From: Bryobacteraceae bacterium | GTDB lineage: Bacteria; Acidobacteriota; Terriglobia; Bryobacterales; Bryobacteraceae | Assembly (NCBI GenBank): GCA_033763935.1 | Contig: JANRJO010000057.1 | Location: forward strand, 71,972 to 135,971 | DNA: 64,000 nt | Direction of reading: 5' to 3' | Shown here: positions 9,983 through 19,312 of the stretch, piece after piece | Layout of the letters: each line of letters starts with the position of its first letter | How positions within the stretch are numbered: position 1 is the stretch's first letter | Notes under the pieces: generated by a model | Database searches by the model: none | What the model saw: only the letters and a program-made list of their open reading frames with translations | Told to the model about the DNA's origin: nothing | Position numbers and translations under genes: made by a program

Positions 9983-12271
9983 TTGGCCCTAGAAGCTTTC
10001 GCGCTACGATGGACGCTGATGACGGTGGCCGAAAAGCACCACTTCGCTCGCAAACCACCACGCTGGGTGGTGCATCTGGTTCTCGACCCGTTGGTGATCG
10101 GAGTCCTGATGACGGGCTTCTGGTGGAAGCTGGTGCTCACCAACCAGTACACGTGGCTCGAGAGCCCGGACCTCTCCTACCAGGTACTCCCGTGGTTCCA
10201 GTTTCAGGCCGGGGAGTTCCGCGCCGGGCGCATTCCGCTCTGGGACCCTTACATGTGGAACGGGCAGCCGTTGATCGGGCAGGCCCAACCCGGGACGGCC
10301 TACCCGTTGAATTGGCTCCTCTTTTCCCTGCCCCAGCGCGACGGCTGGATGAAGCTCTCCTGGCTGCACTGGTACTTCGTGGTGATGCACTGGATGGCGG
10401 CTGTCTTCATGTATTGGCTGCTGCGCGATCTGAATCTGCGGCGCACGGCCGCCGTCATCGGCGGCATGGTGTTCGCCTTGAGCGGCTTTATGGGACACAT
10501 CGACTGGCCCCAAATGCTCAACGGCGCTGTCTGGTTCCCGCTGGTCTTTCTCTTCCTGCTGCGCGCGCTGCGAGGGGTGAAGCCGGTGGCAAGCGCGGCG
10601 CTGTCGGGCCTGTTCCTCGGCTTCTCCTGGCTCTCCGGGCACCATCAGGTTCCCACCTATCTCAGCTTAACCGTTGCTTGCGTTTGGCTCTTCCACATCT
10701 TTCAAAAGAAAACAGTTCATTGGCACTGGGTTCGCTTGGCGGCGCTGTCGGCAGCGTTCGCGGCGGCTAGCGGAGCCTTGCAGATTCTGCCGGCCTACGA
10801 GTACGGGAAGCGAGCGAAGCGGTGGGTGGGGGGCGATGAGCCGGTGGGCTGGAACCAGAAGGTCCCCTATTCAGTGCATCGGGAGTACTCGTTCAATGCC
10901 GTTTCCATCCTGGGAATCGTTCTGCCCGGCTGGCACCGGAACGCCCCCGCCTACCTGGGCATCTCCGCTTTTACTTTCGCTCTCCTTGCGATCGCCTTGC
11001 TCTGGAAGGAGTTTCTCGTCAAGCTTCTAACCTTCATCGGGATCGGCGGGCTGCTCTTCGCCCTTGGCGAGGCGAACGTCTTTCACGGGGTGGCCTATGC
11101 GCTGCTCCCGCTTGTCGAGAAGGCGCGTTCGCCCTCGATGGCAGCAGTCATCTTTAACTTTAGCTTCTCCGCTCTAATTGGTTTCGGAATAAACTACTTA
11201 TCATATGCAATTGACGCCCCCTGGCTACGCCGTACGGGCTTTGCGCTTTGTGCGTTTGCAGCCTTAGTGTACGGCGGCATGTGGGCGCGAGGCATGGTCG
11301 TGGGGCCGCAGGGCCTCGGGGACGAGCGGATGATCTTGACGGCGACGTTCGCCCTTCTCGCCGCCGGGCTCCTCACGCTCTGGAGGAACGGGTCGGTCGC
11401 CCCTGGGACGCTGGCGCTGCTGGCGGGAGTGCTGATGGTTGTCGAACTCGGCATTGTGACGGGAGCTCATCTCCCCCACCGGCTCGACAAGCACCGAACC
11501 ATCTTCTTGAACAAAATGCAGCAACACCATGAGCTGGCGGCCTTTTTGAAGCGGCAGGGACTGGTGAGAACGGAAATCGCGGATGAGGGCATACCGTTCA
11601 ATTTCGGTGATTGGCACGGGATCGAGACCTACCGCGGCTACCTCGCCAGCATCACGGACAACCTGCACCGGCTGGAGATGGACGAGCCGCGGATGCTGCA
11701 GATGTTCAGCGTAAAGTACACGGTGAGAAAAGAGCCGCAACGACCTGACCAAGAACTGGTCTACAAGGCCGAGCACGGCCTGAACGTCTACCTCAACCCC
11801 GGCGCCTTTCCGCGCGCCTGGGTGATCCGGGACGTCAAGGAGTGGAAAGACGAGAACGTGCTACGAGCGAACCTGAGGGATCCGAACGTCGACCTGCTCA
11901 AGACCGGATTCGCGGAGCGGCCGCCATCCGGGCTCTCGGCCTGCGCCGGTGAGGACGCGGTTCAGGTGAAGAGCCACACCTCGGGCGGGGTGGTGCTCGA
12001 GGCGAAGCTGCCCTGCCGGGGAATGGTGGTGTTGAATGACACGTACTATCCCGGGTGGCGAGCGACGGTCGACGGGAGGCCGGCGCAGATCCTCGAAGTG
12101 AACGGGGGCATCCGCGGTGTGGTGGCCGACGGCGGCGCCCACCGGATTGAGTTCCGCTACCGGCCGCTTTCGGTCATTCTGGGAGCGGCGCTTACATCTC
12201 TGGCGGTTATGGCCGCCGCAGCCTTGTGGCTGATTAGCGGGCGGCGGCTGCTAGGGCACGTACACGGCTGA
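9983..12271 (+). CDS. polytopic membrane protein, YfhO-family-like (putative glycosyltransferase-like membrane protein)
   Basis: Many predicted TM helices. C-terminal extracytoplasmic block DTYYPGWRATVDGRPAQILEVNGGIRGVVADGGAHRIEFRYRP is typical of YfhO-family C-termini. The start may be the downstream MTVAEK. Confidence 0.55.
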   Translation: MALEAFALRWTLMTVAEKHHFARKPPRWVVHLVLDPLVIGVLMTGFWWKLVLTNQYTWLESPDLSYQVLPWFQFQAGEFRAGRIPLWDPYMWNGQPLIGQAQPGTAYPLNWLLFSLPQRDGWMKLSWLHWYFVVMHWMAAVFMYWLLRDLNLRRTAAVIGGMVFALSGFMGHIDWPQMLNGAVWFPLVFLFLLRALRGVKPVASAALSGLFLGFSWLSGHHQVPTYLSLTVACVWLFHIFQKKTVHWHWVRLAALSAAFAAASGALQILPAYEYGKRAKRWVGGDEPVGWNQKVPYSVHREYSFNAVSILGIVLPGWHRNAPAYLGISAFTFALLAIALLWKEFLVKLLTFIGIGGLLFALGEANVFHGVAYALLPLVEKARSPSMAAVIFNFSFSALIGFGINYLSYAIDAPWLRRTGFALCAFAALVYGGMWARGMVVGPQGLGDERMILTATFALLAAGLLTLWRNGSVAPGTLALLAGVLMVVELGIVTGAHLPHRLDKHRTIFLNKMQQHHELAAFLKRQGLVRTEIADEGIPFNFGDWHGIETYRGYLASITDNLHRLEMDEPRMLQMFSVKYTVRKEPQRPDQELVYKAEHGLNVYLNPGAFPRAWVIRDVKEWKDENVLRANLRDPNVDLLKTGFAERPPSGLSACAGEDAVQVKSHTSGGVVLEAKLPCRGMVVLNDTYYPGWRATVDGRPAQILEVNGGIRGVVADGGAHRIEFRYRPLSVILGAALTSLAVMAAAALWLISGRRLLGHVHG

Positions 12272-14104
12272 CGACTTGGCGGGGAGAGCCACGCGCAGGC
12301 GGCCGCCCGCGACTTTCAAAGGTGCGCCCCCCAGGGCATCGGTCAGGCCGGTCCCGTCGGCGGCCTTCAGCGCGCCCAGGCCAAATTCGAACGTGGCGGG
12401 ACGGTCGCTGTTGTTAAAGGCGATGATGGCGAAGCTGGCTCCGCTCGCGCGGGCGAAGGCGTAGGTGGCGTCTTCGGCGTGCAACTGCACCATGGAGCCG
12501 CGGCGCAGGGCTACGGTTTTGCCGCGCACTTCGCCGAGGCGCCGTACGTGCTCGAACACGCTCTGCTGCTGCGGCGTCCTTCCCCCGGCTTCGAACGCGT
12601 TCCGCGCGTCTTCCTTCCACCCGCCCGGGAAGTCGCGGCGGTTGTCGGGATCGTTGCCGCCCTCGAGGGCGATCTCGTCGCCGTAATAGATCATAGGCGT
12701 GCCGCGCGCGGTCAGCACGAGCGTTGCGGCCAGTTTGAGCCCTTCGGCGGTTGCACCGTTCTCGCCCATCCAGCGCGGAACATCGTGAGAGCCGAAGAAC
12801 GTTACCAGGACGCCGGGGTTCGGGTAGAGCGGGTCACGGCTGAAGGAACGCGCCAGGGTGCGCATGGACTCGCCGCGGACGAAGGTACGCCGCAACGCAT
12901 CGTAGAGGGGGAAATCGAAGAGCGTATCGATGCCGGAGTCGATGCCGTCGTATTGTTTGCGGCCCGTCTGAAAGAACGACACGAGGGCGGCGTCGAAGTC
13001 CCACATCTCGCCCACCACCTTGAAGCTTGGGTACTCCTTCTTGATCGCTGCCATCCAGTCGCGCCAGAAGCGTCGAGGCACATACGGGAGGGTGTCCTGG
13101 CGGATGCCGTCGATGCCCGTTGCCCCGATCCACCACAGCGTGTTCTGGATGATGTAGCGGGCCGTCTCGGGGTCGTCCTGGTTCAGGTCGGGCAGGATGT
13201 CGATGAACCAGCCGTCAAGCGTCGCCTTGCGCAACTCGGGCGAGGCGTAGGGGTCCATCAAAGTCCAAATCTGCCACGCGTTGGACAAGTGCTTCTGCTC
13301 GGTACCGTTAAACCAAGTGGGTGTCGGCGAGTCCTTGACCCAGGGGTGATAAGGACCGGTGTGATTGGCGACCTGGTCCTGAATCACCTTCATGCCCGCG
13401 GCGTGCGCCTTGTCGACCAGTTCCCGGAGCTTGGCGAGGTCGCCGAAGTGCTCTTCGACGGCATAGAAATCCGTGGCGCCGTAGCCGTGGTAGTCGGTGA
13501 TGGCCTGTCCGTCGTAGCGCTCGCGTTCGTTGAGGCGGTTGTTGTTGTCGTACCAGGGATTGAGCCAGAGCGCGGTGATGCCCAGGCTCTTGAGGTAGGG
13601 GAGCCGGTCGATGATGCCCTGGAGGTCCCCACCGTGATAGTAGCGGCCGCGCTTGCGATCGAGCAGTCCCTTCGACGTCGCCGGTTCGTCGTTGGCGGGA
13701 TCTCCATTGGCGAATCGGTCGGGCATGATGAGGTAGATGAGGTCGTCGGGGGAGAAGCCCTGGAAGCGGGCGGCGCGGGAGAGGGGCGCGGCGAGTGAAA
13801 ACGGAACGGCCGCTACGCCGTCGGGCGTAGTGACCTTGAAAGCCGCCGCCCCTGGCTTCGCCGTCGCGGGGATCACCAGGTCCACGAACAGATAGGTGCC
13901 GGCCGCGTTGGTCTTCACGTTCGCAGACTTCCATCCGGAGGGCGGCCGCACGACGGCACCGGTAAGATTCCGCCCTCGAATTAGCAGCCGAACGGGATTC
14001 ACGGTATGGCCGGGCCACCAGTTGGGGGGCTCCACCTTCGTGACCTCGGGCGGAGCTGCGGCCGCGGCGAGGAAGCAGATCGCAAACAAGGCGAGCGTTT
14101 TCAT
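12251..14104 (-). CDS. secreted GH13 alpha-amylase family glycoside hydrolase
   Basis: GH13 conserved regions: DLVIPATAKPG N-domain, GYHGYGATDFYAVEEHFG, GIDGIRQDTLPY (region II), FKVVGEMWD (region III), FFGSHDVPR (region IV). Signal peptide. Confidence 0.85.
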   Translation of the reverse strand: MKTLALFAICFLAAAAAPPEVTKVEPPNWWPGHTVNPVRLLIRGRNLTGAVVRPPSGWKSANVKTNAAGTYLFVDLVIPATAKPGAAAFKVTTPDGVAAVPFSLAAPLSRAARFQGFSPDDLIYLIMPDRFANGDPANDEPATSKGLLDRKRGRYYHGGDLQGIIDRLPYLKSLGITALWLNPWYDNNNRLNERERYDGQAITDYHGYGATDFYAVEEHFGDLAKLRELVDKAHAAGMKVIQDQVANHTGPYHPWVKDSPTPTWFNGTEQKHLSNAWQIWTLMDPYASPELRKATLDGWFIDILPDLNQDDPETARYIIQNTLWWIGATGIDGIRQDTLPYVPRRFWRDWMAAIKKEYPSFKVVGEMWDFDAALVSFFQTGRKQYDGIDSGIDTLFDFPLYDALRRTFVRGESMRTLARSFSRDPLYPNPGVLVTFFGSHDVPRWMGENGATAEGLKLAATLVLTARGTPMIYYGDEIALEGGNDPDNRRDFPGGWKEDARNAFEAGGRTPQQQSVFEHVRRLGEVRGKTVALRRGSMVQLHAEDATYAFARASGASFAIIAFNNSDRPATFEFGLGALKAADGTGLTDALGGAPLKVAGGRLRVALPAKSSAVYVP

Positions 14105-14285
14105 TACAAGCTGAGTGTAATCCCAACGCGAAGACCAATGTCGGCTTACGTATATTACGGGGAGTCCTGCGGTGTGTTTCTTGTTGCTATACGGAGTAGC
14201 TTGTTATTCTTGCCCTGCCTGCACCGAACTGCTCACAACGGGCAGTAGCCCGCATGACTGAATCGAAGCGTGGAGGTAGAACCAA

Positions 14286-14942
14286 TTGAAAAGATCCCTA
14301 TTGCTGCTCGGTGCCGTCCTTGTCGTTGCTGCTTTAGCAGCAGCGGCGCCGATGAATGTGACGCTGAACAAACCAGTAACCTTGAACGGCTCCTTCGGTG
14401 TAGCTTACCGGCCCTGCTGTCTTGACCCATCCGCTCCTTTGGCTGATCCATCAACCCTCGTAGACGGAGTTTTTCTCCCCGCCGGCACAGACTGGCAAAG
14501 CGGGACTGTGTGGTGGGACCAGGGCAGCCCGCAGTCGTTGTTCAACAACTTCGAGGTCAATCTGCAGGGCCTATTTACCTTGACTGGTGTCGTGATCCAG
14601 GCCGACAACAATGACCGTTACCAGGTGGACGTCTGGATGGGCGGCAGTTGGGTTCCGGTCTGGACCGCGCCGATCGTGCCTGGCTCCGGGATGAACACCC
14701 GGCCCGATCCAAACGACAACAGTGCGCTGTTTGCGATTTCACCGGTCCAAACGGATCGTATCCGGGTAATGGCGCTGGAGGGCGCGGGCAACGGTGACGG
14801 CTTTGCCTCTGTTTCCGAGATCCAGGCATGGGGCGAAGCAACGCAGACGGGCGTGGTACCGGAGCCGGGGACGAACGCCCTCATCGGCGCCGGACTTTGC
14901 CTTGCTGCATTGGTAGCTCGTCGCCGCAGGGCGACTTCCTGA
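14286..14942 (+). CDS. PEP-CTERM sorting-domain secreted protein
   Basis: Signal peptide. C-terminal VPEPGTNALIGAGLCLAALVARRRR (PEP motif + TM + Arg cluster). TTG start with GGAGGT upstream. Confidence 0.7.
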   Translation: MKRSLLLLGAVLVVAALAAAAPMNVTLNKPVTLNGSFGVAYRPCCLDPSAPLADPSTLVDGVFLPAGTDWQSGTVWWDQGSPQSLFNNFEVNLQGLFTLTGVVIQADNNDRYQVDVWMGGSWVPVWTAPIVPGSGMNTRPDPNDNSALFAISPVQTDRIRVMALEGAGNGDGFASVSEIQAWGEATQTGVVPEPGTNALIGAGLCLAALVARRRRATS

Positions 14943-15025
14943 CCGGACTCGACTCTACGACTCTCCTTTCGGCGGCCGGTCGTCTCCTACCGGCCGCCAC
15001 TTTCTCTTTCGGGTCCGCTTCCCCG

Positions 15026-15973
15026 CTACGCTCGCTGCAGCGACGGGTGCTGACTCCCTTGCGGGTCCTTGTCGCCCTTCTGCTTGGCGTCGGGTTGGCC
15101 GCGTTCGGCGGCAGCATGCTCAATCTCGGAATTCACCTCGCCGCCAATGAGGAGGGCCATTCCGGTCAGCCACAGCCAGAGCAGCAGGATCATCACGGCG
15201 CCCAAGGAACCATACACTTCGCTGTAGGAGTTGAAGAACGTCAGGTAGAGCTTGAAACCAAACGAAGCGGCGAGCCACAGGACAAGGGCGGTGGCGGAGC
15301 CCGGTGTCACGAACGCAAACCGGTGCTGGTGCACGTTGGGGGCGAAGTAGTAGAGGGCCGCGAAGGCCAGCAGCAGAAACACCAGGACGACGGGCCATTG
15401 GATGATGCTCCACACGGTGTGGAAGGCGCCTCCCAGACCCAAATAGCCGGCCAGCGCGCCGCCGATGCGATCGCCATAGAGCAGCAGCGCCAGGGCCGAA
15501 ACGATAAACACACCCAAGCCCGCGGTGAGGGCTACGGCGATGCCGCGCTTCTTCCACCACGGGCGCTCCTCCTTCACCTCGTAGGCGCGGTTGAGCCCCT
15601 CCATGAGCGCGGCCAAGCCGGCGCTGGCGGCCCAGAGTGCGCCGAGAATACCGAACAGCAGTTTGCCCGGGTCGGCTGCCCTGACCACCTCGTCCAGGGT
15701 GCCGGTCACGAGCTGGTATGCGGACGGCGGCAGTGCGCGGCTGAGGTAGCCGAGCATCGATTGCCGCAGTTCGCCGCCCGGGCCGGCCAGCAGCCCGAGC
15801 ATGGTGGTTAAGAAAAACAATGCGGGAAACAGGGCCAGCATGAAGTAGTACGCCAACTGGGCGCCCCGGCCCATCACATCGTCGTCCCAAAACTCGCGGT
15901 ACACGCGTTTCGCCAGCTCTTTGGCGCTCAAGCCGCCGAGCTGCCAGACGCTTTGGGCAGGTGCAGACGCCAT
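15026..15973 (-). CDS. YihY/BrkB family inner-membrane protein
   Basis: YFMLALFPALFFLTTMLG and YGSLGAVMILLLWLWL blocks. 6-TM topology typical of the YihY family. Confidence 0.75.
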   Translation of the reverse strand: MASAPAQSVWQLGGLSAKELAKRVYREFWDDDVMGRGAQLAYYFMLALFPALFFLTTMLGLLAGPGGELRQSMLGYLSRALPPSAYQLVTGTLDEVVRAADPGKLLFGILGALWAASAGLAALMEGLNRAYEVKEERPWWKKRGIAVALTAGLGVFIVSALALLLYGDRIGGALAGYLGLGGAFHTVWSIIQWPVVLVFLLLAFAALYYFAPNVHQHRFAFVTPGSATALVLWLAASFGFKLYLTFFNSYSEVYGSLGAVMILLLWLWLTGMALLIGGEVNSEIEHAAAERGQPDAKQKGDKDPQGSQHPSLQRA

Positions 15974-16030
15974 TCGGTTTTCCCCCTGCCCGGTTGACGC
16001 CCTCCCCGAAAAGCGGATTTCATAGGCTCA

Positions 16031-16888
16031 GTGGAACCGGTGGTGATTCTTGGCTGCGGCTTTACCGGACGGCGTGTGGCGCGCCTGCTGCTGGCGCGCG
16101 GAGTCGAGGTGACTGCAACCAGCCGTCATCCGGAAGCGCTTCCCGCGCTCCCCGGACTACACCGCGTGCCCCTGGATGTTCTCGAATTCGATAGCCTGCG
16201 CACACTTCCCCGCTTCGTGCCGCCCGGCGCCCGCGTGTTGCTCAGCATTCCCTCCGTTCGGACCGGCGGCGGCGGGTTGAGCGACCCGACACCGCGAGTA
16301 ATGGAAGCGCTGGGACGAGCACCGGGCCGGATTGTCTATCTCTCCACCACCGGCGTGTACGGCCGTCAACACCTGGTAGACGAAACGACAGCACCGCATC
16401 CGGAAACCGAGCGGGAACGTCTGCGATGCGAGGCGGAGCGGGCAGTGCTTGAGACGCGAGGCTCGGGCGCGCCGTTTGTTCTCCGCCCGGCGGCGATCTA
16501 CGGGCCGTTCCGGGGAGTGCACGAGCGGATGAGGCGCGGCGAGTTTCTGCTCGCCGGAGAGGGTGCGAACGTGGTCAGCCGCATCTTCGTGGACGACCTG
16601 GCACGGCTGGTGGCCGAAGCTCTGTCATGCGATGTCGCAGGCGCGTATCCCGCCGCCGACGAGGAGCCCTGCGAATCGCGTGAGCTGGCAGCCTTCTGCT
16701 CCCGGCTGCTCGGCCTGCCGATGCCCGATGCGGCTCCCTTGGAGCGTCTGCCGGAAACGAGGCGTGCCCACCGCCGGGTGGATGGGCGCGCCGTGTGCCG
16801 CCTGCTTGGTGTTCCGCTTGAGTACGCCTCTTACCGCACCGGCATCCCGGAGGCGCTGCGACAGGAGACCTTGTATCCTAATCCCTGA
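16031..16888 (+). CDS. NAD(P)-binding Rossmann-fold protein (SDR / NAD-dependent epimerase-dehydratase family)
   Basis: ILGCGFTGRRVARLLLARGVEV (GxGxxG) N-terminal dinucleotide-binding motif. About 285 aa. Confidence 0.7.
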   Translation: MEPVVILGCGFTGRRVARLLLARGVEVTATSRHPEALPALPGLHRVPLDVLEFDSLRTLPRFVPPGARVLLSIPSVRTGGGGLSDPTPRVMEALGRAPGRIVYLSTTGVYGRQHLVDETTAPHPETERERLRCEAERAVLETRGSGAPFVLRPAAIYGPFRGVHERMRRGEFLLAGEGANVVSRIFVDDLARLVAEALSCDVAGAYPAADEEPCESRELAAFCSRLLGLPMPDAAPLERLPETRRAHRRVDGRAVCRLLGVPLEYASYRTGIPEALRQETLYPNP

Positions 16889-16896
16889 AGCCTCGG

Positions 16897-18579
16897 ATGG
16901 ACCCCATGACATTCAGCCTGATTGTGAGAAGTCCGGACGGCGGAATCAAGCGCATTCCGCTCGACCGCGACTTCTTCGGCGTTGGCCGCGCGCGCAACAA
17001 CGAACTCTCCTATCCCGACGACTCCGGTCTGTCGCGGAATCACCTCGCCTTTGAGCGCGCCGGACCCGACTGGACCGTACGCGACCTGGGCAGCAAGAAC
17101 GGCACCCTGATCAACGGCCAGCGGCTGGCCGGCACGCACGTCCTGGCCAATGCCGACAAGGTGTCGGCCGGGCATCTGATCTTCGAATTCTCCGACGGCG
17201 CCGGCACCGCGCCAGTGCACGAAACCGTCGTGTTCGTGCCGGGGGAAGAGCCGACCAGCAAGCTCACCACCGCTACGGTGGTCACCACGCTCGAGGGAGC
17301 GATGTCGGGCAAGATCACCACGACGGCGGCGGGGGTGACGCACGCCGCGGCGGCGCCGGCGATCGCGGCGGATCGGCAGATGAAGGCACTCATCCACGCG
17401 GGCCGCGAACTCTCCACACACCGGCCGTTGAACGAGTTGTTTGAGGTCATCCTCGGGCTGGCGATTGAAGCGGTGAACGCGACGAGGGGCGTGCTGATGA
17501 CGCTCGAAGGCGGACGGCTGCTGGTGCGAGCGGCCCGAGGCGAAGGCTTTCGGATCAGCGGCGCGGTGCGGGACCGCGTTCTGAAGGAAGCGGCGTCCCT
17601 GCTGGTCCGGGATGTTCAAATGGATGAGGCCTTCAAGGACCGGGTGAGCATCGTCGAACAGAAGGTTCGCAGCATCATCGCCGTTCCGCTGCAGACGAAC
17701 GACCGGGTGATCGGATTAATCTATGTCGACTCCTCGAATTTCATCCGCGAGTTTCTACCGGAGGATCTGAACCTGCTGACGGTGATGGCGAACGTCGCGG
17801 CCATTCGGATCGAGAACGCGCGGCTGGCCGAGGTGGAGGCGCAGGAGAAGGCGCTGGCGCGCGAACTGCAACAGGCAGCCGAGATCCAACGGCAATTGCT
17901 GCCGGCAAAGGCGCCGGAGGTACCCGGTTTCGAGATCGCGGGCTACAACGCGCCGTGCCGCACGGTGGGGGGCGACTACTACTATTTCCACACGTTGGCG
18001 GACGGGCGTGTGTCGCTGCTGGTAGCGGACGTGGCGGGCAAGGGGATGCCGGCGGCGCTGCTCATGTCCAATCTGCAGGCCAAGGTGGAGGTGCTGGTGG
18101 ACGCGATGCCGGGCGCGGGAGCGCTGGTCACGCGGCTCAACCAGTTGATCGCTTCGAGCTGCCCCGGCAACCGCTTCATCACGCTCTTTTTCGGTATCGC
18201 CGACCCGGCGACGGGCGCCCTGGTGTATTGCAACGCCGGCCATAATCCTCCGGCGCTGGTGCGCGCCGACGGTTCGACGGAGTGGTTAAAAGGCGGCGGG
18301 CTGATCCTGGGTGTGATCGCCAAGGCGAAGTATGAGGAGTTTCAGGTGACGATGAACCGCGGCGACGTTCTGGTGTTGTTCAGCGATGGGGTGACGGAGG
18401 CGGTGCCGCCGGGCAGCGACGACGAGTTCGGCGAGGACCGTCTGGCGGCGTTGTTGCACGAGAACCACGAGCTGCCGGCCGAGAGCCTGATTGACTCGGT
18501 GAAGGAGGCGGTGGCGGCGTGGAGCGCGGGCGCGCCGCCGGCCGACGACATCACGCTGGTAGTGGCGCGGAGAACGTAG
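16897..18579 (+). CDS. FHA-GAF-PP2C (SpoIIE/RsbU-like) serine/threonine phosphatase
   Basis: N-terminal FHA (GRARNNELSYPDD...SRNHLAF...GSKNGTLINGQRL). Central GAF. C-terminal PP2C/SpoIIE (GGDYYYF...LLVADVAGKGMPAALLMS...FSDGVTE). 8-bp gap to the upstream SDR gene. Confidence 0.8.
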   Translation: MDPMTFSLIVRSPDGGIKRIPLDRDFFGVGRARNNELSYPDDSGLSRNHLAFERAGPDWTVRDLGSKNGTLINGQRLAGTHVLANADKVSAGHLIFEFSDGAGTAPVHETVVFVPGEEPTSKLTTATVVTTLEGAMSGKITTTAAGVTHAAAAPAIAADRQMKALIHAGRELSTHRPLNELFEVILGLAIEAVNATRGVLMTLEGGRLLVRAARGEGFRISGAVRDRVLKEAASLLVRDVQMDEAFKDRVSIVEQKVRSIIAVPLQTNDRVIGLIYVDSSNFIREFLPEDLNLLTVMANVAAIRIENARLAEVEAQEKALARELQQAAEIQRQLLPAKAPEVPGFEIAGYNAPCRTVGGDYYYFHTLADGRVSLLVADVAGKGMPAALLMSNLQAKVEVLVDAMPGAGALVTRLNQLIASSCPGNRFITLFFGIADPATGALVYCNAGHNPPALVRADGSTEWLKGGGLILGVIAKAKYEEFQVTMNRGDVLVLFSDGVTEAVPPGSDDEFGEDRLAALLHENHELPAESLIDSVKEAVAAWSAGAPPADDITLVVARRT

Positions 18580-18612
18580 CGTAAGATGGAGAGGTACGAG
18601 TTGTAGCTCGCC

Positions 18613-18699
18613 GGGGACGTGGCGGAATTGGCAGACGCACTGGATTTAGGTTCCAGCGGGGGCGACCCCGTAAGGGTTCAAGTCCCTTCGTCCCCACCA
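18613..18699 (+). tRNA. tRNA-Leu (anticodon TAG), type II with long variable arm, CCA encoded
   Basis: Folded by hand. Acceptor GGGGACG/CGTCCCC. D stem GCG/CGC. Anticodon stem CTGGA/TCCAG with loop TTTAGGT. Long variable arm CGGGGGCGACCCCGTA. T arm AGGGTTCAAGTCCCT. Discriminator A plus CCA. Confidence 0.9.
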
Positions 18700-18748
18700 G
18701 GCGTCCAGGCCTTTGCCGGGAATGCTCACTCGCAGCCGCTCCTGCTGA

Positions 18749-19042
18749 TCACGAAGAAGGCTCGGATGGCCGCATGAGTTCGCGCCAGGTAGCCAGAGAG
18801 TGCCGCTGCCTGGTGGGCCAGTCCGGGTTGCCGCTGTCAGTCCAGGACGCCAGGATGTCCGTTTCACTTCGCTCGATCACCTCGATCATCGGAAACCCCG
18901 GCAGGCGCAGAATATCGCCGGGTTGCGGGTCGACTGACGGGTCACGACGGGTGAGGCGCAAGAACCGGGCAATTCGATAGCGCAGCGCGGTCCAAAGGGA
19001 GGCGTCTTCCGCGAGCCGCAGAACAGAACAATGATGGCTCAT
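18749..19042 (-). CDS. hypothetical protein (97 aa)
   Basis: ORF only. No motif. Lies immediately 3' of tRNA-Leu. Confidence 0.3.
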   Translation of the reverse strand: MSHHCSVLRLAEDASLWTALRYRIARFLRLTRRDPSVDPQPGDILRLPGFPMIEVIERSETDILASWTDSGNPDWPTRQRHSLATWRELMRPSEPSS

Positions 19043-19312
19043 AATCGGATAACCAATAGGAAAACTCTGCGGCGCGAACGCCGCTGTCCGGCGGTTGAGC
19101 GCTCACAGCTTCTGCTTTCGCTCCACTTATATCATATTCAGACCTGTTTAACTCTATCCGGGAAGGGTTGTAACCAGCAATCTCGCGCGCGACGGCGGCG
19201 ATAGTACTAGATCGGCCGCGGGCGGACCCAGGCGGACATATCGTGTGCTACCGACACCGACCCAGACTGGCCCTTGCGCCTGCCCGCCGAATCCGTTAGC
19301 CTGATCCCACTC

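Noticed and set aside
12479-13798. 439-aa plus-strand ORF inside the GH13 amylase gene (similar cases: 33819..34979, 25603..26670, 48426..49736, 38509..39189, 42762..43586, 8735..9550)
   Set aside because: Antisense or alternate-frame ORFs with biased Arg/Gly/Ala/Pro composition. The partner strand has strong domain evidence each time.
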